Positions 23,990 to 36,645 of a DNA stretch of 64,000 nt are shown in pieces. Location: positions 52,330,001 to 52,394,000 of the forward strand of contig NC_058382.1 of NCBI RefSeq assembly GCF_018350175.1. Reading direction: 5' to 3'. Within the stretch, counting starts at the first letter, position 1; each line of letters begins with the position of its first letter. The notes under the pieces were generated by a model. That model did not search any database. It saw only the letters and a list, made by a program, of their open reading frames with translations, and had not been told where the DNA came from. Position numbers and translations under genes: made by a program. This DNA is from Felis catus (Eukaryota).

Positions 23990-25340
23990 AAGTGGGAGCT
24001 AGCTAATTGCTTCCTTATTTGAAGACCTAAATGAGTTTTAAAGTGAAATGCATATCTCCAAGTGCTAAGTAGCCAACACACAATAGGCAATTGAGATAGC
24101 AAAGACTAATTTAGAAAAGGTTGTTCTGTTCTTTTCTCTTTCTTCTCTTTTTCTCTCCACCTCCCGCCCTCCCCTGTCTTTCTCCCTCCTCCTTTCTTCC
24201 CTTCTTTCCCTCCCTTCCTCCTTCCGATCCTTCTTTCTTCTTTTTCTCTCCTTTCATTTAACCGTTATACATACTACGGGGTTGCATCCGTAGGCTTTTG
24301 CTGGTAATTAAATAAATTATTTATACATTTAACACAATCTTGAATTACTAGCTGATCATCTTAGGCACTCAAAAGTATAAGAGCCCTTGAAAGCAATATC
24401 CAAGCATAGATATTCCATAGCACGCCTTACAATCTAAATATTGCTTTTAGTGTAATCGAAGCAGCGAGAGTAGTCACAGCAGTTGATGGACTATTTTTCA
24501 AATTGATTTCAAAAATGTATTTAAGGGGATGATCTTCTAGTCTAGATTACCTATTGATTTTTAATATGAAAAGCTCATTATGTAAGCAGTAACTGCATAT
24601 AAAAACCTAGCAAACCTTTGCATAAATCCTTTAATTGAATTTCCAGAGCCCGTGGTTCTACTTTTTTTTTTTAATTAAATCTATTTCTTTTTTTAAGTGT
24701 TACTGTGTAATTTGCATGCTGTGTAGAGGCCCTGTCCCAGATAAAGTGCCATTGATCCTTATTAAACCTCACCTCTGGGCTTGCTTAAAACTAACTGGAA
24801 AAATTAAAGTGTTCATGCCGTGGTGCACTTATAGCTCGTGTGATAGGATTATGGAAAAAATAATAAAACTAATTTCCAGGAGAGAATTTATAATGTGAGA
24901 TTTTATTTTTTTTTCAATTTGATAATTAATAGTGAAATCGTATCATATATATAAATCATATTTCAGCCTATAAACGGAAATGGCAATTAGTAAAGATAAT
25001 ATACACGTGATGTAAAACCATCATGTTACGTGCGGATAATCTTTTGGCATTTTAATTTTTTAATTGTAGAAGGAAAGGATTATGAGTTCAAGTCCGACAC
25101 ATTAAATGGTGGGTTTCCTTTGAAAAACTGATCTTTTACTATGCGCTATATTAGGAGGATTTTTAATTTTAGTGTGGGGAAATATAAAAGACACCGAGAA
25201 AGATACTCTGGTTATGTTTGTGCTAAAATGTATGTATTAGAATTACCAGGGGAAAGAAAAATATAAAGGCTGCAATAGGTTTTTCTATTTTTTAATACCT
25301 AACATTTGTTATTTTAAAAGCAATAAAATCCCCTAAAGAA
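23990..25340. promoter_or_regulatory. Candidate conserved non-coding element/enhancer block
   Basis: Repeat-free, AT-rich but complex; many TAAT/ATTA and TTTAT cores, SOX-like ACAAT, octamer-like TTTGCAT; conservation not testable here. Confidence 0.5.
24125..24256. repeat. Polypyrimidine low-complexity tract
   Basis: About 130 bp almost entirely C/T on + strand. Confidence 0.9.
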
Positions 25341-26498
25341 ATATTCATAATCAATAAGAACACAAAATATGGAATATATTAACTGAGTTATAAAAATGTT
25401 TGTAGTATAGCACAAAATGAAAAACACAGCAAGTTATGTACGGTTTAAAGTGTAATCAATTTTGAGGTTGTATACAAGGATATAAATGATAAACACAAGT
25501 AGTAGCATTTTTAGTAAAGGCTGTTACAAAATACTGTATTTATGGCCTATTCCATTCTTTTTATAGCTCATTAATGTAGAAAACAAACACAGTGTATCCA
25601 TCTTCTCCGACAGCTTAAAATTCCCTTAAATGATATTTTTAAATGGAAATACTGAGCTCATTTGATCTGTTTCTTCTTTGCACGTGTTAGTTTGAACAGG
25701 CGTATTTACCAGGGTTCCTTTGCAGACTCTGGAAGAAAAATGTGCTGACAGTGACGCGCTGCCCTCCCTGCACAAAACAGGGCTGAGTTGAACACCTTTA
25801 TGAACAGGTTCGCTATTATTCCTGTCCCCTCAGAGGGCTCCATGCCCACTCCCCAGGTCCCACCCCACCCCAAGAAGAACCTTCACACCTTCGGAAGCTG
25901 CATTAATTCTTCCGGGCCACAAGGGGGCTGTTGAGTTGCTGGTTCACTGCACTCGCTGGCAGGAGAGAGTTTTAATGCTGGTTCCAAAGGTGCTTAATTT
26001 CCTGTGGTACCTATGAATATGCATGTGGTGTGTGCTCAGCAATCTACCGGTTCAAACTAGGCAGCTGGTTCTGATGGTGAGGTATATGTCTGTCTCTCTC
26101 TCTCCATCTCTCTCTGTCTCTCCCTTTCCCTTGGACAAGTCCTTTCTGAGTAAGCTGAATCTGTAACGTGATTTCAGTAGTTGATTTTCAGTATTTAATT
26201 CAATTTTGATGTTTCTATCTTGGCCTCTTTCTTCTCCTTTCCTTTTTGTCATTCTGTAAAAGTTATTAGCCTGTTATGGTCGTTGGAGCATAGTTCCATG
26301 GCTTATAGGAGCCACATACTGGGATATCCAGCCTTCGTAAAGCATAAGTAGGCTTGAACAATGCTTTATTTGTTTCCAGTAAGGTAGGAGTATTTGGAAA
26401 AGAAAAAGGAAAGAAAAATCTTGGTAAGAAGGGCAACATACTTGAATTGTTTTCTTTCTTGCTGTTTGAATTAACATACAGTTTATTGCTAGATAGTT

Positions 26499-26668
26499 CC
26501 ATCCATCTATCCATCTATCACCATCCATCCACCATCCATCCGTCATCTATCCATTCAACTATCCATCTGCCATCTATCCATCTAACCACCATCCATCCAT
26601 CCAACCACCATCCATCCATCCACCCACCCACCCACCCACCCACCATCCACCCACCCACCATCCACCCA
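26499..26668. repeat. (CCAT)n/(CCAC)n tetranucleotide repeat
   Basis: Direct reading; abuts an L2 tail. Confidence 0.9.
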
Positions 26669-26790
26669 ATATGTATTGAGTGCCTGCCATGTGTCAGGCA
26701 CTACTTTAGACATTAGGGATATGAATTTAAATTTGGAGTCTTGTTATCTAGTGGGGAAGACAAAGACATATGCAAATAAATTCAACAAAG
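26669..26790 (-). mobile_element. L2 3' end fragment
   Basis: atgtattgagtgcctgccatgtgtcaggcact...agggata...tctagtggggaagaca. Confidence 0.75.
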
Positions 26791-26896
26791 AGAAACAGAG
26801 ACCCAACTCAACCTTGGGCAATAACATTCATTTTAATGTTGAGAGCTTTTTTTTTTTTTTAACTCATAGCTCTTGTTTATTTGGACTTTATAATTT

Positions 26897-27127
26897 TTTT
26901 GTTTTTGTTTATTGCTTATTGTTAATATTTTTTGTTTATTTTTGAGAGAGAGGCAGAGTGTGAGTGGGGGAGGGGCAGAGAGCGAGCAGGAGACACAGAA
27001 TCTGAAGAAGGTTCCGGACTCCGAGCTGTCAGCACAGAGCCTCACGTGGGTCTCAAACTCACGAACTGCAAGATCATGACCTGAGCCGAAGTTGGATGCT
27101 TAGCTGACTGAGTCATTCAGGCACCCC
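26897..27127 (-). mobile_element. Can-SINE with 15-bp TSD
   Basis: TSD TGGACTTTATAATTT at 26882-26896 and 27128-27142. Confidence 0.95.
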
Positions 27128-27707
27128 TGGACTTTATAATTTATAAAGCTAACATTACTATAAAGAAATATGTCTTTGTGGCATGACTATATAAAAGAAG
27201 GTACTTGACCTAGTAAAAATGAAGATGATGTATTCTTTTCCCTAGAATAGATTGGTTTTGGTCTGGTTGCCTCTGGAGAATCGCATAGCCATTGTTATAG
27301 GGGAGTCAACACAGAGGATCATCTGTGGAATGTGGGCAGTCATCTGCAAGTTGAGGACAGGGGCCAGGGCACCAAATGAAGTGGTGTAAGTATTTGGCCT
27401 GTGAACCTGGCCAGTGGCCACAGTCAGGAGTCAGAGTTCCACATGAGGAGCGAAAGCCAAGTTGAGCTAGGAAAAGCCCAACCGGCACAAATTAGAGGCC
27501 TCCAATAATGTTGACCCAGTAAGGCCCCCATCACTGCCACTTCCCAAAGACAGTACAGTCAATGGCAAAGAAAATGGGGACACAAGAGAGCTGAGAGGAC
27601 TTCGGAGTCAAGAAGCAGGCTTGCAACAGCCATATCTTCTCTGAGGCAATGGATGGATTTCGTGATTGGACCACATCTTATAGAGTATCAGAATAGTAAC
27701 CTTCTGA

Positions 27708-27910
27708 AGCTTCTTTGTCCAATATGATAGCCCCTAGCCACATCTGGCTATTTAAGTTCAAATTAATTAAACTAAAAAAATTCAGTTGCTCAGTTGCACT
27801 AGCCACATTTCAAATGCCCAGTAGTCACATGTGGTCTGTGGCCACCATATTGAGTAGTGCTGATATGGAACATTTCTATCATGGCAGAGTACTCTGTTGG
27901 ACGGCGCTGC
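27708..27910. mobile_element. MER3-like hAT-Charlie DNA transposon
   Basis: tgtccaatatgatagcccctagccacatctggctatttaa...ttcagttgctcagttgcactagccacatttcaaatgc...gaacattt...ttggacggcgctg. Confidence 0.85.
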
Positions 27911-27994
27911 TCTCCAGCAGAAGTCTCCAAAATGTGAAGAATGACTAGGATTCCAAAAGAAAACATGACAATTCTGTTTTATTTTATTCTTCTA

Positions 27995-28445
27995 TGTATT
28001 ATTGAATATCTCCATGCATTTATCTGGTGGCCGGTACTACTGTTTTAAGAGCTTTATATAGATTTACGCATATCATTCTTTTCAGTATCCTATGAAGTAG
28101 TACTGCCATTCATATTTTACAGATAAGGACACAGGTGCACTGAGAAAGGAGGTGGCAGAATTCGGATTCCATCTCAGGTGATCTAGCTCCTGATCCCTCC
28201 TTTTTTTTTTTTTTAAATGTTTGCTTATTTTTGAGAGAGAGAGCGAGCATGCAGGGGAGGGGCAGAGAGAGAGGGAGACATAGAATCCAAAGCAGGCTCC
28301 AGGATCTGAGCTGTCAGCATAGAGCCCAATGTGCGGCTTGAACCCAGGAGCCATGAGATCATGACGTGAGTCGAATTTGGACCCTTAACGACTGAGCCAC
28401 CCAGGTACCCCTCCTGATCCCTCCTCTTAACTGCTGCATGACATT
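27995..28445 (-). mobile_element. MIR SINE interrupted by a Can-SINE
   Basis: ttattgaatatc...cctatgaagtagtactgccattcatattttacagataaggacacagg; resumes after the SINE with cttaactgctgc. Confidence 0.7.
28202..28410 (-). mobile_element. Can-SINE with 15-bp TSD
   Basis: TSD CTCCTGATCCCTCCT at 28187-28201 and 28411-28425. Confidence 0.95.
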
Positions 28446-29530
28446 GGCTCTCAAGAAGCATTGATGTTTACACATATTACATAGATATGTTGACGTGCGT
28501 GCCCTCCTCAGTCCTTGGATAGTCGGGAGCCGGATGTAAGGTGTTTTGAAGTGAGGCTGGATATTTCCCTCGGTCATGGCGCAGCCTCTACTCCTTGTGG
28601 GCTTTCAGCATTGGAAACTGAATTGTGGTTTCCCCACGTGTGCTCAGTTACATGGATTCAGACACTAGATTATCTGTTTTGAACTAAAGCATCCGTCACA
28701 AAATGTGCAAAAGCCTTAAAAAGATTTCTGCAGAGAGACCCATGTTTGAAGATAATACTTAGAATGTGAGTGCAAGCAGTAAAAACTGACATCATTGCCA
28801 GTTCACCTCCTCCTCCTGTGAAGCCTTCATCTGTTACAAGATAAACACAGTGACAATTGGATCAGATCTTAGAAGAAAGCACTGAAAAGCCCCAAAATCT
28901 AAATTAGCACCAAGAGATGTGCAATTGCACGCACTATTTTTAATGATGAACGTAATTCTTCCCCTCTATCCTGCCTTGTGATGATAGCTAACAGAATGAT
29001 ACACGTTTATAATTTTTAAATAAACCACGCAGACATATATTGAGGAATCTGTCTTGAATTTTTCTAACTGGTCAAGGTGCACAGTCTAAGCAGTCTGGAG
29101 CCTTTGAGGTTTGAAACAGAATCTCTTGCCTCTGCCTGTCTTGGTTTTCACCGTTCATGTGGGTCCTGCTCTGTTTGTCCTCTGCCTGTTAGAAGAACAT
29201 TCTCTCAGTAAAGTTGAAAACCATGAAACGAATGGTATTTTGTAAGTGGGGGGAAAAAAGTCATTGACTGAAATGAACAGTCATGGCTCAGAGACTGAAC
29301 TTTGGATGGGAACTTTGCATCGACTGTAGGAGAGCTTTCCCCATCGTCCACCTCTTAATTTGAAGGTATTCAAGCCTTTTTCAAATATATTCTCGTGCCA
29401 GTGCATAACTGCACTGAGCTCAGTTGACAGAAGCCTGGAAAATTGCAAAGATAGAGGTTTTCCCCTGCATTCTGGAAATATTCTCCAGAACTTTTTCAAG
29501 CACGCTGAACCTTTTGCTCAGGGCAGGGGA

Positions 29531-29533
<3 letters not shown>

Positions 29534-29588
<55 letters not shown>

Positions 29589-29597
29589 CGCGCGTGC
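29534..29597. repeat. (GT)23-(CG)7 compound microsatellite
   Basis: Direct reading. Confidence 0.97.
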
Positions 29598-30077
29598 TTG
29601 CATATGTGTGTTGTGAAGGTGACAGGAGAGCCGTATTTGTGAAAAACCGTACAGAAATAATGTATCTACGAGCTGTTCCTGTTCATCTTTCTGGTGCTGG
29701 CGCTTTAAACTGTATAATTTCGTGCCAAAAGGGAGCCCTTGCTCGCTCCGAGATTGCTTAACTCTTTCCGTATCCCTGGTTAACGCTGACCTACCCAACG
29801 TGTACGTTTCTGACATGCTTTGTCTTCATATGCTTTTTGAGAGCTTTCAAAACAAAGCTGTGTCTAAAGAGTAACTTAGAACCGGCTTGTTCCTGCAGCG
29901 TCTGCTCCGAGCAGTGGGTAGATAGGACACAGCTATTTGGATGGAAAGCTGGAGCAGATGGCGCCATGTTTTTTAACACCGTAATTCCGTAATCCCTGTT
30001 AGTGAGACGGAGGTGAAAGAGGGCACTTGGTTTCTCCAATGTCGAATAGCTCCACATTTTTTTGTTTAAATAACCCA

Positions 30078-30510
30078 CGTTTATTGAATGCTTACTGGGC
30101 CCTGTGCTATGTGCCGATACATGTGATTTCTCATCTCCTGACCTTCCTGTGAAGTGGCTACTATGATTTTTTTTTTAATTTTTTTTTCAACGTTTTTTAT
30201 TTATTTTTGGGTCAGAGAGAGACAGAGCATGAACGGGGGAGGGGCAGAGAGAGAGGGAGACACGGAATCGGAAACAGGCTCCAGGCTCCGAGCCATCAGC
30301 CCAGAGCCCGACGCGGGGCTCGAACTCACGGACCGCGAGATCGTGACCTGGCTGAAGTCGGACGCCCAACCGACTGCGCCACCCAGGCGCCCCAAGTGGC
30401 TACTATTATTAGGCTCGCTTCTAACTGTGAAGAAACTGAGGCTCACCGATGTTAAGGAATCGGTTCGGTGTCGCACCGCCGGTCAGTGACAGAGCACGTA
30501 TGAGCACCAC
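30078..30510 (-). mobile_element. MIR SINE interrupted by a young Can-SINE
   Basis: tttattgaatgcttact...cctgtgaagtgg [SINE] gaagaaactgaggctcaccgatgttaagg. Confidence 0.75.
30169..30393 (-). mobile_element. Young Can-SINE (SINEC_Fc) with 17-bp TSD
   Basis: TSD AAGTGGCTACTAT(G/T)ATT at 30152-30168 and 30394-30410; CpGs intact; near-identical to the 5822 copy. Confidence 0.97.
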
Positions 30511-32539
30511 CAGCGCTTATCAGCCCCAAGACTGTTCCCAGGACCACGTGGTATGAGTCCCCGGTATGACGAAGAACATGGGTGTCATTTTTCTGGCGAG
30601 GGAGCCTGTCTTACTCATCTGTTTGCCTGTACTCAGCTCGAGTGCCAGGCCCACAGGAGACACATGGCACACTCTGTTGGGAGAAAGGCCTGAGGAAGAA
30701 AGGGCCGCTCACACATGTTCCCAGGAGTGGGTTGGAGGTGAGCATCCCGGTCTGTAGACCTGCAGTTCTACATGTTGGGGCTCCGCTTAGGAGAGGGTGA
30801 ACCATCCCGCGCAGAACCTTGGAAGGAGCCCGTGAATATGAGGGGCGCTGACGCTTACTGTTGGTCAGCGTCAAGGTCGTGCCAAGGACGAAATTAACAC
30901 ACAGCCAAGATGGGGGTGCCTCTGCCAACGTCAGTGAATGTTTCGTTCGTTCCTTCCTCTTAGTCTACCATTTCCAGGCGCTCACATGCAAAAGCCACTT
31001 GTACGTTTCTGATTTGGCATCAAAGTCGTATGAAAAACGCTCCGTGTTTATGCACGTCCCCTTCTGTGGGAGAGACCAGCCAGCCCCCAGGAAGTGAGTC
31101 TCAGCTTTCAGGGTGAGTCATGTATCTGCAAAGCAGACTCTGACACAGGAGACTTTTAAAACGCTTTCCTTTTTACCCCCATCTGGGTAGATTTTTTTTT
31201 TTCCAGTAGTTTCTTAATGGTCTTTAGTGAAGGAAGTAAGTGGCACTGATCAGTGAAGGTGGACAGTAAGATTTATAATGTATTTGTGCTAGCTGATTGC
31301 CAACAGAACCGGCCTTTCCCAGCGGTGCTGTACGAAGACTCGGAAAATCAATAGGGATTAACCTCTGACCTCCTTCACATACTTATACTGTGGGCTGCAT
31401 CGCTTACCAATATTTCATCTGTTTCACTTAGATGCTGTTACTTACTCAATAATGTGTGGCCGGTCTCACAAGATAACTAATTAATTTTTTAAAATGCAGC
31501 ATCACTTGTAACTGTGATAAAATATCACACCTTTGGAAATCAAGGCCCTTTTGGTTTATTTATTAAACCCACATTAATTAGTCTTAATTAAACAACAACA
31601 ACAACAACAACAACAAAAGAACGGGGAAGCAAGAGAGCTGAAACTCCAGGGTTTTGCTTGGCTCACAAAAACCCCCTGTGGTTAACAGTGGGGGGGGGAT
31701 CCCCTGTGGCTCTAACATAGCAGGTGTCCCTAGAACATGGGCCCCCTTCAGGAAAATTGCTACTCTTACCTTTTAGACATATACGTGATATATATATGTC
31801 TAATATATATGCTACTCTTATCTTTTGGCCCTATATATAATGTATGTATGTACACTATATATATACTTTTTTTCTATGAAAGGTACATTTGCAGATAGAT
31901 GGATAGATAACTAAGCAAGCTACCTTGCAGTGAAATGAACCCAATGTATACTTTTTATCAGGAATCAAAATTACCTTTAATTCTATTTGCAAATGTATGC
32001 AGAAGTTGGTGTGAACATATGTTTTTATGAGCGGCTCTTAATTACGACTACACAGGATGAAAAAGGAACAAATGTGTATCATACACTTTTTTTTTTTTTT
32101 ACCTTTCCCTTTAAGCTTTGACATGTAATAAAGTGCTTTGCATTTGTCTTAAAAATTGAAATTGTTGTAGATTTCCTTCAGCCAAGACCCTTTTGTTTGC
32201 AGATTTTTTTTTTTTTTTTGCAACTATACGTATTCCCCAGAGTTTACTTACAGTTTGCTATTGATCTGGCAGCTGGTATTTGAATTGGTCGATGTACTCT
32301 GTAACTTGTTTAAGATACCCTACCTGAGCTATTAGTTTAAATAATGTATTCATAAATTGATTAATCATTACAGTAAGACTTATTAGCTGCATTTATATCT
32401 GTGTGTTATCCACAATTGACTTGTACTCTAATAATCACGCATACTTAAGCAGCAGTTGGGTTTCACACCACAGTTTAATAATTATCAAGGTGGAAAACAA
32501 TAGTATTTGTGTGTCGAAGTGGGGGCAGGGCTTCAAAGG

Positions 32540-34450
32540 TTGGGCTCACTCCGCGGATTGCCACTTTTACCTTCCTTAGGATAAACACACAGTTCTTAGG
32601 AAGAAGTCCTTAGGAAGTGGGCCAAATCCCGTCCGCCTGGAAGAAATGATCCAGTTTGCCGAAGCCGGCCTGGTGTCAAGGTTCTGGAAGACGGAGTAGG
32701 GCCGAGGGTGGCGCGTTTGAAGGGGTAACGCCTTTGTCTCCGCTCCTCCAACAGCCACCTGCTGGGGGCGGTCTTGCCGCTGGCTCTTCGGGGGCCCACA
32801 GAGCCGGCCACGCCACAGGGCTCTGTGTCAGCGAGACACCCACGCCCTGCGCTGCCCTCCAGGGAGGCTGACACCCCAGCCCAGGCGCGGCACGTAGCGG
32901 AGGAGCTGGGCGGCCTCGGACCCACCCGCGTGTGCCCCGCGGCGCACGCTGGGCCGGTTGTGTGCAGACTTCATGCGGGCTCCCAAGCCGACGGGAAACA
33001 AGCCAGCCGAATACAGGGCTTAGGGCTACGTGCGCTTTTTAAAAACATACGTTTTCTTCTTTCAGAGCCGTGTCGGGCTCACCGCACACTTGAATGGAGG
33101 GTGCAGAGTTCCCGCACACCCCTTGTCCCCACGCGGGCACAGCCCCCAGCTGCACTCCGCAGTCAGGCTGCGTTTCTGTTCAACGCCATCTCTTGGGCGG
33201 CGGATGGCACATTACGGCTTTGCGCCGGGGCCTGCCCAACCGGGCCATTCCCGACTCCTTGGGCAGCGGGGCTGAGGGTCTCTCTCCGGGCGTGGGATTC
33301 CGGTAGGCTCTTGCCGCTTCGTCCTCCCCGGAAGCCGAGCCCCCTTGCTTCCTCCCGTTTGGCCGGAAAGCCGTTTTGCCTCACCGCGTGTTTTTTCGAC
33401 TTCATAAACCCCCCTTCCGAGCATCGTTCAGCAACCCGCTCAATTAATATATGCGGCGTTCCTTCGCTCGTGGTGAGGGGGGCCTGTCTGGTGGTGGGCG
33501 TTTGTTCAGCCGTGTGGCGAGAGCACCGCGCCCCGCGTGCAGGACGCGTGCCCACCAGCGAGCGCTTGTGCTGGCGGTGCCGGGCAGCGCCTCCCCCGGC
33601 GCGGGCTCCAGATGAGGAGCGGAGGCGCTCTTCCGAGGGCCCCTCTGCCCAGCACGGGGCTTCGGACACCGCCGGGAGCAAAGCTGCTTTGTGCCGCAGC
33701 CCCTCGCCACTCTGATTTTGCCAGCCTGATTCAGGATGTCAGCGTGGATCACTTTTCTACAAAGGCAGGAGGGGCCGGCCGGGAAGCTTCGGCAGATAAA
33801 TTATTTACGGCGTTTAATTATCATCGTACAGATTTATTAAACTTCTTGGTTACCTAGGAGCCCACGGAGCTGCCGTAAAGAGCTGGCTAAACTTTGAACA
33901 ATAGACGCGTTATTGGAAAACGGAATCCCTCTGTGACGCGCCGCTGCAGTGTACCTCTCACGCCTGCGTGGGGGGGGGGGGGGGGTACGCGATGGCGGGC
34001 GGCCGGGGGGTTCACACCCGGCTCTCGGGGAGGGGAGCGGGCTGCGATTTTCAGCGTTTGCTGATTACCGCAGTGTAAATACGCCACGGCCAACGGGAAG
34101 TTACGAAACATGGAAGTGCACACTCCCGCGTCCTTGTAGATACTCTCCGTGTGCTTATTTCCACTCTGCGGGCACAATAGACACAGCCTCAAGACCATGG
34201 TTAGCAGCTAAGCACGCTAGAATCACTCAGAAGTGTTGAGCTTTGGGTATTTCTTACCTTTGATTTTGTTTGTTTTTGTTTTTTACAGAGCTTATTTAAT
34301 CGTGAGTTTATGTAATTTAATGTTTAACAATGGGCGGGTCCGACAACCAGTTCATAAAATGCCTGGGGATTTAGCCCTTGGCTCTCCGGAGTCGATCAGA
34401 CCCGGCTGCCGCACACCACCGTGTGTTTGACTGGCTGCCAGTTTTAAATT
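32540..34450. promoter_or_regulatory. Intragenic/orphan CpG island with embedded enhancer-like blocks
   Basis: About 1.9 kb with high GC and CpG, repeat-free; AT-rich motif blocks at 32200-32520 and 33790-33930. Confidence 0.65.
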
Positions 34451-35113
34451 GCAGTCCCGGGTTCGGATGAAGTTCATGATCTATTCGTAATTCAGGCTCA
34501 TTCCTAGCAGGGTATCCCTGCACCATTTTCCGCTGGGGTGCGACGAGCCTGTTGGTATGCTGCTAAGTGTCCTCGACAGCAAGCAGACACATGTACCCTG
34601 ACTGGTACATCCCAGACGATTCTGTTGTACTGATATTAAGGACAACAGTATTTTGCCAGAAGCTATAACGAGATGATTCCGTAACAACAGCATGGTGACA
34701 CCAGACTATGTTTTGCAATTTTCTTTAATATTTATGCTGGATAAATAATTTATCTCTTTTTTCAGGTTTTTTTTTTTTTTTTATCTCGAACATGTTGATA
34801 TAGACAGGTGCTAGGTTTTCCCTGAATGACTACAGCAAGGATGTGGTTATTTTCTCCCCCTGAAAAACAGATGTGTCAGCAGAGTTGAGCCTCTGGGAAT
34901 TGTTTCCACAACTCCGCATCCCGTCTACTAATATGAACTAATGAGATCTATTAAGGACCGGCCCACACGTTTGAAGGGAGTCACTTATTAATGTGACATC
35001 TTTGCGTGCCATTATAACATCAGGACCGCCATTCACCGAGGTATTGGGACGCTCAAAGTCATGGCTCGCCTGCTAGCTCTTTGAGATTTAAATGGAGAAG
35101 CTCGAGATAGCTT

Positions 35114-35320
35114 AGGCATTTTCTCAACCTCGGCACCGTTCAGTGCTGGATCGTTCATTGTGTAGGGTTCTCTTCTGTGCATTGGAGGATGTTTAGCAGT
35201 AGCCTGGGCCTCTATCCACTAGATCCTAGTAGCAACCCCTCTTTCCAAGTGGGAAGAATCACAAATGTCCCCAGATGTTGCCAAATGCCCTCTGGGGGCG
35301 GGACAAAACGTGTGTTCTAG
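35114..35320 (+). mobile_element. MER20 DNA transposon
   Basis: ttctcaacctcggcac...tgtgcattggaggatgtttagcag...cctctatccactagat...aaatgtccccagatgttgccaaatgccctctggggg. Confidence 0.9.
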
Positions 35321-36249
35321 AGCCCCAGTTCCTAAGCATTTGTAGTGTACAGGAAAGGAAAAATAGAGATTGTCTCATTGTATTTAATCCTCTATCCCTC
35401 TCTGGCTTCCAGGAACCTCCAGCCCCCCAAACACTAGAACTAGGAATATCGTAACCTTATGTGACCAAATCAACTTCTGCCCTGGGGATCTAGGCAGAGG
35501 GATCTAGGATCCCAACCTGGGGAGGGAAAAGAGCGGTGTGTCTACCCAGGGGGGACTAGCCCACACCCCCTGGGCTCCAGCACAAATGCAGACACTCTCA
35601 GAAGCTGCCCCTGCAGAGTGGGTGGAACGGGGTGGGGGGGGGCTTTCTTTTCCAGACTGCTGCTCCCCAAGGCCACAGAGTGCTGTCCGGGCTCTGGACT
35701 AGGCAGCTGTCTTCCTGGGGCCTGGGGAGTGTGGAGCCTCCCACTGCCCTCCGCTGGGGAGGGAGGGGTATGGGAAGTGAGTCTATTCAGAGGGTGCTCC
35801 TCATCCTGATGAACTGAGTTTGACACAGGCTTAGCAGTTAGTGCAGAATGAATTTCAGGATGGCTCCGTGGATTCTCCAAGCTCTCTCTCAGGAGCAGAT
35901 CAAGTTGTGACAGCTCACCTCTGTGGTACCCTTTGTATCCTAGTCCAGGATATGAAGGCGCCCCTGGAATTGCACCATGTTTAATCTTCACAGTGGTACA
36001 CCCCAGCCATTTTTTCCACCCCAAGAGGGCTGAGACTGACCTGTTCCTGGTTTTTCCTCTGCAGACATAGGGCTTTCTGGTTTTCCAGTGGAGTCTCCCA
36101 GCATGACATCTGAACACGATGGGATCCTTTCTTTGCTGGCCCTGCCTTGAACCTGGGTCCTCGGGTAGCTGATCTGAGAGCATTTAGAGCTGCTGTTGGG
36201 GGTGAGGTGGGAATTCTGTGCTCATCTGGCCTCATCTGAGACAGTGGGT

Positions 36250-36371
36250 GCAGTGGAAGGAGGCAAGCTGTGAGTCAGGCAAACCTGGAATGTTCTTTGT
36301 GGGTTACTTAGGCACTGTGTGACCTTCGGGAAATTGATTTCACATTTATTTATTTATTTATTTATTTTATT

Positions 36372-36410
<39 letters not shown>

Positions 36411-36645
36411 GAAGTGGGGGGAGGGCAGAGAGAGAATCCCAAGCAGGCTCTGCACTGACAGCACAGAACCCGGCTCAAACTCACCAACCTTGAGATCATG
36501 ACTTTAGCAGAAATCAAGAGTCAGTCACTTAACTGAGTACCCAGATATCCCAATTTTTTCACATTTTAGAGTCTTAGTTTCATCATCTGTTAAATGGACA
36601 TGATGATGTCTCTGTTCCAGAGTAGCTGGTGATTAGATTAAATAA
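36250..36645 (+). mobile_element. MIR SINE interrupted by a Can-SINE
   Basis: gagtcaggcaaacctgg...ctgtgtgaccttcgggaaatt [SINE] gtcttagtttcatcatctgttaaatgg...gattagattaaata. Confidence 0.7.
36345..36551 (-). mobile_element. Older Can-SINE with (ATTT)n tail
   Basis: gagagaatcccaagcaggctctgcactgacagcacag...aaatcaagagtcag; TSD core TTTCACATTT on both sides. Confidence 0.9.

Noticed and set aside
32774..33715. 313-aa ORF, the longest in the track
   Set aside because: It lies in the CpG island, is rich in Ala/Arg/Pro/Gly, has no recognisable domain and overlaps ORFs on both strands. Stop-codon scarcity in GC-rich DNA explains it.
35542..36183. 213-aa - strand ORF
   Set aside because: No recognisable protein features; consistent with chance
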